Both the position numbers and the translations under genes were made by a program. Shown here in pieces: positions 7,504 to 19,500 of a DNA stretch of 64,000 bases (its first letter is position 1; each line of letters opens with the position of its first letter). This DNA comes from an uncultured Bacteroidaceae bacterium. Its GTDB lineage: Bacteria; Bacillota; Clostridia; Christensenellales; CAG-917. The stretch is taken from contig CAZWUI010000001.1 in assembly GCA_964637515.1 (NCBI GenBank), positions 45,739 through 109,738 of the forward strand, given 5' to 3'. A model generated the notes under the pieces. The model was not told where the DNA came from, did no database searches, and saw nothing but the letters and a program-made list of their open reading frames with translations.

Positions 7504-10500
7504 TCATCGACCGTTGACGGTGATGACGTAAGGATTGTTGCTATTCACAGTGCCGTTGCCGTAGACCGCTTGTCCGTTCGGGATTTCTTGTCCGACGCTG
7601 ACGACGTTGATCGTGCTTCCGCCGACGGAGATAGAGCCCTTAGTTGCGGTTGCTATCGTGGTGTCGAGCACTCTGGACGCAGAGTCGACGGGTGTGCCGA
7701 CGCATGCATACAGATAGTAGACGACCTTTCTTCCGCTAGGAGTGGAAAGCGCGTAGGTGCCCGTATCGGATGCGAACATTACGGAGTGGTGCGTGAGATA
7801 TGCGCCGGTGATGTCGTAGACGACTGCGGTACCGTACCAGACGACAGGCACTCCGCCGATCTTGGTGTTGAGAGCGGTTCCGGTATAGCTAGGTGCAGTG
7901 GTAACGGTCGTACCGGACACGGTGAACGGAATCGTGATACGTTCACCGGTGCCGAGTTGGATAGTTGCGTTCTTCGCAGTGCTCATACCGCTCTTGAGAA
8001 GGTCTGCCGTGAGTGAGAAGCCACCGGGCATGGAGACCATTACGTAAGTGAACACTTTGCTATTCTTGGATCCGTTCGCGTGAGATGCCCAACCGGTGCC
8101 TTCGGTGGTGGTAGTCCAGCTCGTTACCTTGCCGTTGGTGACGACGGGGTTGGAAATCGTGAAGGTCACCTTGTACGCTTGAGGAATGCTGTAGCTTGCA
8201 GTGTTGTTCGCAGAGATCGTGTAGTTGCTTGCAACGGAGTTCGTCACGGTTGCGGTGTAAGGCGCCGCACTGTAACGTGCACTCGTGATAGTTGCGCTTG
8301 CGACACGTTCTTCATCGAGTTTGAACACGGTGGTCAACGCATTTGCGTACATTCTCTGGACGAGGAACGGAATCTCAAATTCTTGAGCGGTTCCGTCAGG
8401 TCCGGTGAGTTCTGCGATGAGGTAGATGATACCGCCTTCGTAGGTGGGATTGAACTTGCTGAAGTTCCATTCGAGAGAATATCCGTCCGCTGCGCCGAAG
8501 GTCTTGGTTTCGGTTGCAGTCGTGCCGTCGCCCTTGGTCACGTTGACGGTGAGGGTTTCGGGGAGTTTGACGTCCTTGGAGAGATATTCATAGGGGTTGA
8601 TGTAGGTTTGCGTACCGCTGGTGACGTAGAAACCGGTGTTGCCGGTCAAAGTGGTGTTGCCTGCCGCAAGACTCGTGACCTTTCTGGGATTGATGACGAG
8701 GTGTGCGACCACGACTTGATCTTTGACTCCGTCGCCCTTGACGGTTGCTCTGATGACGAAGGTGCCGCCTTCATAGGAGACCTTGCTTGCGCCGAAGTTC
8801 CAAGTGACTTCTTTATTGACGGAGGTGCCGGTTTCGGTGACGACGGTCATGGATTGCGGGAAGTACTTGTAGCCGACGAGTTCGTATTTTTGTCCGTCGT
8901 ATTGAACGAGTTCTTCAGCGGAGAGTTCGACGTACTTGCCGTTTTCGAGCTTGTACGTGCCGTTTGCGCTTGCGGAGAAGATTTGTTCAAAGACGTCGGG
9001 CGTGGTGTACGGATCGAAGGTGAATTCGTAGACGCCGTCGGAGTTCTTCGCTGCATGAGATGCATCTGCACCTGCGACGAAGTCGCTGTTTGCGATATTG
9101 ACGGTGCTAATGGTCGCATCGTTGACTTCGATAGGCACACGGACTGTTGCGGTTGCATTGTTTGCAACGCCTTCGACTATGGTGACGGGACTGGTCACGA
9201 TTGCTTCGACGTAGGACGTTCCGCCGACCACGCTGACAACGGTATCGGAAGTATCCCACGTTGCGTTCAAGGTTTGACGTACGGTGAACATGAAGACGTA
9301 GGTGTTTTCCTTATCCGAGATGACGGTGGTGTTGAGAGCGGTATACGTTCTGCCCTTCACGTTGTATTGATAGTAGTAAGGAGTACCGATACGATTGCCG
9401 TTTGCGGTTGCGACTTCGCCGTTTGCGGACACGGTGCCGTTGCCAAGGAGTTTGTAGAGATACTTGGAGCTGTCGCCGAGCCACTTGACAGACGCGTATT
9501 CACCGTCTTCATATTCTTTGACGGAGATAAACTTGCCGTCGGGATAGAAGGTGAAGGTGTCTGCGTAGTTTGCGGTGTTGTATGCGCTTGCCGCGTCGGT
9601 ATTTTCGGTGTAGACCTCGAATCCGGTATAGTTAAGGTCGCCGGTCGAGAGTTTGGAGGATGCGACGTCGCTGTTGAATCTGGTGACGTCGGTCTTCTTG
9701 ATGGTGACTTTGACCTTGAGAGCGGACTTGCCGTTGAGATAAATCTCAAACTCTTTCGCTTCGGTGGGATACACGTGGAGGATGACGTCGTTGGAGACGT
9801 TTTCGGTCACGTCGATCTTGCCGAAGAATTGAGTGAAGCCCTCGGTTTCGAGATAGTAGCGTCTGACTTCGCCGGTGCCGTCGAAGGTGACGTCAAGGTA
9901 CTTGGGCAACGAAGGATTGCCGAAGGAGTATGCGTTGTAGAAGACGACTTCTTCGGGGAGATTGGTATCGTTGTCGTAGACGACGTCGATGACGTTGCCG
10001 AGATTTGCGTCCTTGCTGCCGTAGGTCACGGAGTGCGAAGAGTAAGAGCTCTTGCTGTTTTCGGATTGTTTTTCAAATCCGTCGAAGACGAATTCCGCCT
10101 TTTCTGCCGCTCTGGTGAGAACCATCAAAGGCATGGTGACGTATTGCGTTGCGCCCTTGGAGTAGCGGACTCCGACGTAATCTTCGATACCTTCGATAGA
10201 CACGTAGCGAGGATTGTCGATATCGTCGTCGGTGAGGTCTGCAATGCCGTAGGTGCCGTTTGCGTCTTCATAGTAGTAAGTGAACGCTACCTTGTAGTTT
10301 GCGTTGAAGTAGCCCTTGCTCGAAATGATGCTATCGTCGGGCCATTCGGGTACGAGGTTGAAGTTCGTGCTACCGTCTTTGAGGGTTACGCCGAGGGTGA
10401 GCGGGAGATTGAGACCGCCTTCTCTGAACGTATCGTTGTAGAACGGGTCGATGGTGATCGAGCGATATGCAGGATCGGTGACCTTCTTGATAGTTCTGTC

Positions 10501-13500
10501 AAGGACATGTGCGGTGATCTGTTTGACTTCGCTACCGCCGGGATAGGTGAGAGTGACGTCAAGTGCAATGTCCTTGCCGAAGTATGCCGCCGTGTTGGTG
10601 AAGAAGTCTGCGGGCAACTCGTAGGTTGCGACTGCGGATGCAGTGCCGCCGCCCACGGTGTTGACGGTGACGGTGCTACCGGATGCGAACATGGTGTTGT
10701 CCACGCCGAACGGATCGATATTGACGTCGCCTTCGATTGCGATGCTATCGATTGCCACGCCTTCGACGGTGAGAGTGAGTGCGATAGTGGTGATTCTATC
10801 TTGTCCTCTCATGAGATCGACGTTGACGGTGCCGTCTTCGTTGAGACCGCTCGTGATATTGCCGTCCTTGTCATAGGTGACGTTCCAGACGAGGCCGACG
10901 GTCATTCTTCTATTCGATGATTCTTCGGATCCGATGACTGCGGTTGCAGTGGTGGGCAAGCCGTTGAAGAAGTTATCCGCAGAGAGCGTGTAACCGTTGA
11001 TGATTGCGTTGACGCCTTCTTCGATTTCGATGACATAGTTCGTGTAGACGGTGAACGTCTTGGTGATTCTTGCAAGGTCGGAGCCGACGTATGCGATACG
11101 AGTGAAGCTACCCGCACTGATTTCTTCGTCGGTAGGTCTTGCATAGTTGTTCCACACGACAGGGATATTTTCGTCGATGGCGCCGCCTTCGAACGTCACT
11201 GTTGCGGAGTTGAAGTTGCCGAGCATCCAATCGGAGAACACCGAGTAGTAGTTGTTGTTTTCGGTGAAGCCGTTGATTGTTGCACTTCTGACGTTTGCCG
11301 CAAGGTCGTCAACAGAACCGCTGTCGCCGACGAGATAGATCTTGACTCTGAACGCATCTCTATTCGGATAGACGAAGTCTTCCTTGTTGTAGAGAGTGAA
11401 GGAGCGGTAGACGTACTTGCCGTTTTCGTCCGAACGATAGACCATATTGCCTTCGCCGTCGTCGATGAAGTCATCTGCGATCATACCGGGAGCGCTGTAG
11501 TCGATCCATGCGATTGCGCCGACTGCGGACACTTCGTTGATGCCGAGGTTATTGTTGAGAGTTGCGTAGGTAGGCAACGACCAACCCTTCTTGACGTTGT
11601 ATTCGAAGGAATGCGAAGTGAGTTCGCCGTTCATGAATCTGACGTCGGTTGCGGTGGTTTGACCGCCGAAGAAGCGGAGAGTACCGCCGTTTGCGTTGTT
11701 GAGATCGAGTGCGATGCTAGACACGCTCATCGAAGGCACGTTGAGAGTGGTTTCGATGGTTTGATTGCCGACCGAGAAGGAAACCTTTCTGACACTGCCC
11801 TGTGCGGTGAACGCGAGTGCGCCGATATTCCATGCGTTGACGAACACGATTTCTTCATATTCGACACCGCCGATGGTGTAGGTGACGAGGACGGAAGTAC
11901 CGTTTCTGTAATCGCCCCATTCGCCGACCTTGAAGTATGCGGACGGATCGGACACGTAGACGTAAGGCATGACGTTGTATTCGACGCCGCTTGCGCTATC
12001 GATATATTGCGCGGCGTAGCTGCTTGCAACGTACTTGGACTTGTCTGCGAGAACGGATTCGTCGATGGTGTTGATGAGACCGCTACCGTAAATATCCTTA
12101 CCGCCTTGGATTGCTCCGTCGTAGAAGAACTTGTAGGAAGTGATCTTCTTGACGGGGACGGAGAGTTTCAAGCGGATGGTTTGAGAAACGCTTTCGCCGT
12201 TTTCGTCGACGTAGTTGCCGATGACGTTGCCTTCTGCATCCTTGCAAACTGCTTCGACGGTTGCGTAGATAGTGCCACCGCTATAGATATTGTCGATAGA
12301 TCTTGTGTAAGTCGAGTTGGAGAAGTACTTGACGGTGCTCCAATCGGGATACATAGTCTTTGCAGTCGTACCGCGTTCGCTGAACTGGACGTTCAAGGAT
12401 TCGTAAGCGGAGACTTCGTACCATTCGGGGTTGAATACGTCTGCGACGTCCACTTTGACAAGAGTTTGAACTGCGGTCATAGAGGACATATTGATCTTGA
12501 CGTAGGTGGTTTGCAAACCGCTGACGGAGTTGCCGAAGGTGAACTTGCCGTAGAGGTCTTTACCGCTGTAACCCGCGAAGGAGTATTCGTTGGACTGTAC
12601 GTCGGTTGCTTTGACAAACGTATCGCCGTTCTTGTAGTAAGGTGCGTCGAGGCTCAAGACGTCGCCGATCGTGACGTTGGTCGCCTTGTCGATACCCTTG
12701 AAGTTGACTTTGAAGGTATTGCCGAAGGATTCCGCGGTGATTTCGTCGTTTGCATAGACGTCGAAGGTGAGTTCGTTTTCGAGACCTTCGAATTCTCTGC
12801 CTGCGATATAGATACGGACGGGCACTGCTTGTGCGATATAGCCTGCGGATGCGAAGTTGCTTGAAGTGGAACCGCTACCCACGAAACCGTAAGTCGGGTT
12901 GCCTTCTTCGTCGTATCCAGTGACGTACTTAAATTCGTTACCGCCGACGTAAGCAGTGACGGTGACGTCGATACCCTTGTAGTAGTCGTAGCCGGTGATT
13001 TCGCCGTCTTCTCCGACAACTGCGAGTTCTTTGAGTCTTGCTTCGAGAGCGGAGAGATCCCACTTGACCGAGAAGTCTTTGAAGCTAGACGAACTGCTGC
13101 CCGCGGTGTACTTACCGCTGACGGTGGTGAAGCCCTTGACGTACTCTGCGATGCTGTAGTGGTTGCTTGCATTCAAGAAGGATGCGAGACCGAATGCGTC
13201 GAGAGTGGTCATGCTCTTGGTGGTGTGGCCGTTATCTCCGCGAGTGAAGAGAGTGAGCGAACCGATTTCGTTGCCTGCAAGAGCAATGGACACGGTGTCT
13301 TTGATTTCGCTCGAGAAGCCCCATTGATAAGTGAATCCGAGATCAATCGTACCGGTGGACCAGTTGTACTTGAAGTCGTCGGTGTTCCACTTGATCCAAC
13401 CTGCGGGGAACGCCTTGCCGGAAGGCAACTTGGTGTAATCGAGTTTGGCGTATTGAGTGTCAACACCTGCGGTGGTTACGGTTTCGGTTTGGACCTTGTA

Positions 13501-16500
13501 GTAGGTGACCGAGCCGTCAGTCTTTGCGACTCCACTGACCTTGGCGTATCTGTCGCCGTCCTTGGTGAAGAGCGGCCATACGCTTTCGGGGCCGTTAAAT
13601 GCGGTGATATCCTCTGCGGTTGCATTGACGTAGGTCACGCCTGCGATATATGCAGGAATGAGCTTGTAGATGTTGCCGTCGCTGTTGGTGATTGCTTCGC
13701 CTGCGGAGTTGTTGCCGAGCGTAACCTTGTTGCCGTTCTTGTAAGAGATTGCGTAGAGTATATCTCCGTTCTTATCGGTGAGAGGCACGCCGAAGGTCAA
13801 GTTGCCGTTGACGAAACTGAGTCTTGCAAGGTCGGGCAGGTCGACGTTCTGCTTGTTCTTGGAATTGGTCATATCAATTGCAAGAGTCTTCGCAGAGTAA
13901 CTGTTGCCGCTCTTGACGTAACCCTTGATTTCGGTGAGTGCGTACGCGGAAGTCACGTAGACGGGGATTGCGTAGACGACGACGTTGAGTGCGTAGCCGT
14001 AGACGTAACCTGCAAGGTATCTTCCGTCGCTTTCGAGAGTTGCTGCGGCGAAGTCAACCGAGCTTGCGTCCCAAGTGATGAACGTACCGCCCATATAGTC
14101 TTTGTCGCTCATATCGGTGACGCCTGCTGCAGAAGTAAATCCGTTGAGCGTCCAAGTGACGTCTGCTTTTTGCGGGAAGTAGTTCTTATTCTCGAGATAG
14201 GTTTCATTGAGAATGATACTCTTTCCGCCCGCCGTACCTTCTCTGGTCGCAGGATCGGTGATGACGATTTCGGTGGGTGCTTCCACTTCGCCGTCCATGA
14301 GTGTTGCGTTTTCGCCTTCGAGGAAGCCGAGCATTGCAGTATTAATGGACGAGTTGCTATGTGACAACGGGGTTATTCTGAGTGCGAGATAATCCCATCC
14401 GTCGGGACCGCCGTTTTCTCCTTCTTCTCCGACTTTGCCCAATGCGCCGTTATTCTCCGTGACCGTTCCGGTATACGTGTAGGTTTGGCCGGTGGAGATG
14501 CCCGACGTATTTCTTGCATAGGTCTTAACCGTTGCACCCGGATTGACCTTTTCTGCGTTGACGTAGAGTTCGATTGCTTGGATGCCTCTGTACATCGTCT
14601 TATCGTTGCCAAGTGCGTAGTCGCCGTTCTTCGGCGCAAGGTCGATATAGATGTTCGCGGTAGGATCGCATGAGAAGCTGTTTGCGAAAGGCAACGGCAA
14701 GATACCGGCGATAAGGTGACCGAGGTTTTCGAGCGTATCCGCCGCAACGGAGCCTGCCAAGGAGTTGATGTCGATACCGCCGGCGAGCGCAGGAAGCATA
14801 TCTTTGATCAAATATTGATAGATATACACAGGAATACTACGCACGTAAGGTTCGAGCAAGTCAACTCTTTCTTTCGTGGTCTTTTTGCCGTCGAGTTCTC
14901 GGAACAAATTGTAGATTATGTTCTTGCCGTTTCCGCCCAAGGTGTAATCACCGATACCTTGTCCTCTTCCTTTGTTCAAGCCGAGTTTGTTGATATCTGC
15001 AAAGTATCTGGTGTTGTTTGCGTTTGCGTTGACGTCTGCCGCGAAGAGTCCGAGCAAGATGACGTTGATCATGATCATCAATTCGTTGAATGCATCTTTG
15101 CCGAAGGTTATCTTCAAGGAGATATAACGCGTGTCGTCGGATGCGGACGAATCGAGCGCTTTCATTCCGCTATAGTACGGAATATATCCGTTGCTGTTGA
15201 AGAGATTGACTTCGAGTTTCTTGATGAGACCGGTCAAATCCGCGGAGTACGAGTAATTGCTGTAGTCGACGTCGGACGACGTTGCTTCGTTTGCAGGATA
15301 TGCGTAAGTGCCGTTGTCGCCGTCTTCGTGACTCGTCAAATTGATCATCGAACCGTAGGGGTTGAGAGTTGCATCCGCAGTTCCTGCGATTGCGATACCG
15401 CCGACGGTGTCGTTGATGAGGTCGTTCAACAAGCCGGAGGACAAGTCGACGTCTTTGATGAAGATATTGAAGTTGTTGATTGCAACGCCTGCGTTAAGGT
15501 TCGTGCCACTGCCTGCGTGTTTCCACGGGTGGTTGACGAGCAAGCTTGCATAGAGTTTGAACGGGTTGTTACCGCCGCCCCACGTCTTGACTTGTCTGGA
15601 GAGTGCAAGTTCTGCGTGAGTGGTGTTGTAGTAGGACATGACTTTGGTTTCACTGCTTAACCAAGAAACGCTACTGCTCCAACCGGTGTCTGCCATCCAA
15701 ACCTTTCTGTCGATATCAATCTTGAGTGCAGGATTGATGTTGTCGAGCAAGTTGTTGATGAGTGCGGAAGTGCCTGCCGTACCCGAGTAGGTCAAACCTG
15801 CGTAGCCGTATTCGACTTCGCCGATCTTGTCTTGGACGTTGATCTTGTTCTTGCCGATTTCGATGCTGAGATCTTTGATTTCGAGAGCGAGCATCGTGCC
15901 TACGCTATCGAGAACTGCGGTTACGCCGAGTTTTTCGATACCGGTGCGGAAGTCGTACAAGAATTCAACGGATGCGGACTGCAACGGCATTGCGTTGAGA
16001 TCGATTCCGCTACCCGACAAGTCGAGTCCGAGAATGCCGAGGAGTGCGCTGATGAAGTTCATGTCGATATTGAGAGCAAGACGACCTTCTTCAACGTCGA
16101 TATTGAGAGCGAGTTTGCTGTTTACGCCCGCACTGCTCGTCGCTTCGGTGGACAAGGAATCGGAGGATGCGCCCGCAGCGTTGTATTCATAGTTCTCTGC
16201 GTATTTTTGTTTTGCGCCGAGAATGCCTGCAAAGCCTTGGAACTTGATCTTGCCGAGACCGAGACCGCTTGCGTCGATATAGAGTGCATCGTTGATTGCG
16301 GTGCCGACCATTTCGGTGGTGAGTTCGTAGATATTGCCTGCTTTCTGGAGTCTGGACGAACCGAGATAGTAGACAGACAAGAATTTCTCACTCATCAATT
16401 CACCAATGGTAATGTCGAGTGCTATATCACTATAAAGGATACCCGAGATACCGTACATGAGAATTGCGCCGAGATTGATATCCGCCGAGAGTGCGATGTC

Positions 16501-19500
16501 GATCGTGAGCGGACGTTTCGGGAAGTTGAGTTGAATGTCCGCCATTGTGAACTTGTACGCACCGTTCTTATCTTTTTGATAAGTGCCGTCCTCAAGTTTC
16601 GTGTAACGAGTTCCTTCGAAGCCCGATTCCGCTTCGGTGAACGTGCCGAGCAACGACGTACCTTCAAGGAGTCCGCCAAGGAGGTCGATAACCCATGCGA
16701 TGAAGGAGTTTTCATAGCCTGTTTCGCCCTTCTTCAAGCCTGCGGAAGTGATGGTCATGCTGATGGTGGTGCTCAAGCTAATTGTGGACAGACCGATTTC
16801 GCCGGTTTCAACGTTGTACGCTTCTGCATAAGGAATGTAGTACGCGCCGTTCAAGCTTTGTTCGTAGTGTTCTTCTACGTACATATATGCGCCGTTTTCT
16901 GCGGTGTCGTAAGTGCCGTCCGCGCGTCTGGTGTAACGTTGTCCATCGTATTCGTCGTCGGTAATTTCAACGTATCCGCCTGCGACCTTGTTGTATCTCT
17001 TTGCAGATTGCCAAGTTTCGTCCGCTTCGGTGACTGCGTTGTATTCTTTGAACAGATTGTCAACGGCGTAGCCCTTCGTGATATGGCGGTCGAGTCCGAG
17101 TTCGACGACGTCAAGGGATGCGTAGAAGCCTTCACTGAACTTCGCGGACAAGCTGAACACGAAATCTCTGCTATCAGAATGATAGTAGGTCGTGGTTGCC
17201 GAGAGAGTGTCGCCGTTATATACGGTGTAAGTGTCGCCGTTCTTCACGTAGACGGTGCCTGCGAACTTGCCTTGGTTGAACAGAGCAATATCGTTTGCAC
17301 TCATTTCGATGAAGGTGTTGGGCACGTAGCCGTAGCTTTCGATGAGAATGTCGCCGAGGTTCGGGACAAGGTCTTTGAGTTCTTTACCTTGACGTTCGTA
17401 GATCTTGTTTGCGACTGCGTTGATGACTGCCATGGACAAGCCGATCGAGAAGTATTGCGGGTGGATCAACGCTTCGAGATATGCGTAGTCGTGGAGATCC
17501 ATTCCGCCTGCGGTTTCGGAGTTTGCCGCAAGTGCGTCGCTTGCATCCGCACTGCCCGCTTCGGTCGTGCCGAGTACGCTACCGAGTGCGCCTTCGATGA
17601 GTTCACTGAGTCCGAGTCCGCTCAAGTACAACTTCGCACTTTCGCCGAGCAAGTGGCTTGCATCGATGTAGACGTTGTCGCCGTAGAGATATGCTGCAAG
17701 GATAGGTTCGGTGTTGAGGATTCCGTTGTCGTCGTATTGCAAGATTTCGAGCATGACTTGCATTGCACTGAAATCGGTGAAGTCAAGGAATGCACTGAGA
17801 TTGATACGTGCAGACGGATAATCCTTGTTGCCGAGGTTGTTGGTTATGTTGATATTGAGGTCGGATCCGGAGAGATCGCTTTCGGGATTGATGAGTCCGA
17901 GAACGAGGTCAAGGATTTCGCCGAGTTCAACGACGTTGTTGGAGCCGTCGGCAAGTTTCGCACCGCCGTAGTAGGACAGGTCGATACCGATGCTCAAATT
18001 CAACGAAGATTTCTTGATGTCCGCATAGTCGGTGACCGCCATACCGTCTTCGTCAAGGTAGGTATGCGTGCCGTCCGCGTTCATTCTGACGTGGTCTTTT
18101 CCGACGTTCATCGTTTCTTGGTTTGCCCAGAGTCCGAGACCGTGGAGTTTGATTTGGAGTGCGAGATCGCCGATTGCGATATAGTCGCCCGCCGTCGTAA
18201 CGTTGTAAGTGTTCGTCGTGGTTGCGTTGAACGGGCTTGCGCCGAGTCTGTTGTAGGTTGCAATCAACGTGTACTTCGTCGTGCCGTCGGTGACGATTGC
18301 GCCGTTTGCGTTGAGTTTTTCGTATGCGCTATCCGATTCGGTGATGACCATGTACGCGCCCATACCGTATGCGTTGACCGCGAAGGTATTGTTGCTCGTC
18401 GCAGAATCGAACACCTTGGTGAACTTGTATTCACCGTTTTCGTCGATACCCGTGAAGTTGTAGCGGTCGCCCGTCCAAGAGGACACCCAATCACCTTCGG
18501 TGAAGTCACCGTGTGCGGGAGTTGCCGCCGCACCGTATGCGTAGTTTGCAAGTGCGTATTCTTCGGTTTCAAGAAGTACGTATTGTCCGCTTTCGGATAC
18601 GCTGTAAGTGCCGTCCGAATTCTTTTGATAGGTTGCGCCCGTCCAGTTGATTGCGTGCGTGTCTCTCAAATCGTCAAGAGTTACCCACGATTCCATGCCT
18701 GCAACGAAGCCAAGGTTGATGAGGATGCTGGGTGCGCCACCGCCAAGGTCTAAAACAAGACCGCTGGTGTTAATATCGGTGGTTTGCGTGAGTTTGGGCA
18801 GATAATCGGTGACGTCCGCAAGGTCTGCGACGAGCATACCGACGAGGTCGCCGATAAGGCTATCGTTAAGACCGATTGCGACGATGTCGTTCGCGACGAG
18901 AATTTGTCCGATGATCATACCGATGATATTCCAGACGCTTTCGCCCACGAGGTCGCCGATAAGTCCCATATTTGCTTCGTCCGCACTTGCCTTTGCCGCA
19001 CTTGCTTCAAACGCCGCACTATCAGAGCCAAGGAGTCCGCCGAGATCGAGTCCTTCGAGTTTGAGTTTGCCGAAGAAGTCGCCCATGCCGACGATGTCGT
19101 TCATATCTTCGAGGTTGAGATAGAGATTGAGTTTTCCGCCGACGATTTGCGCCCAGAGTTCGGCGATTGCGGTGTTAAATTCGCCCGCTGCGTCCGAGCC
19201 GTGGAAGTTGGTGTCGTATTCAATTCTGATATACGCTTCAAGGCCGTTGAGTGCATCCATGAGAGATCCGCCGTTGACAATGTAGTTGACAAGGTTTTGG
19301 ATGTTCAGACGTGCTTTGATGTCGATGCCTGCGCCGATCGTGCTTTCGAATGCGTTGTTTCTCCAGCTCATTGACGCGAGAATAAATTCAAAGTAATCGT
19401 ACAGGTCGGTCGAGATGAACTTGGTCATCTGTTCGGTCCAGTTGATGACGTCGCTGAGTTTGAGAGAGAGATCGAGAGAGAGATCGATTTCCGCACTTTC

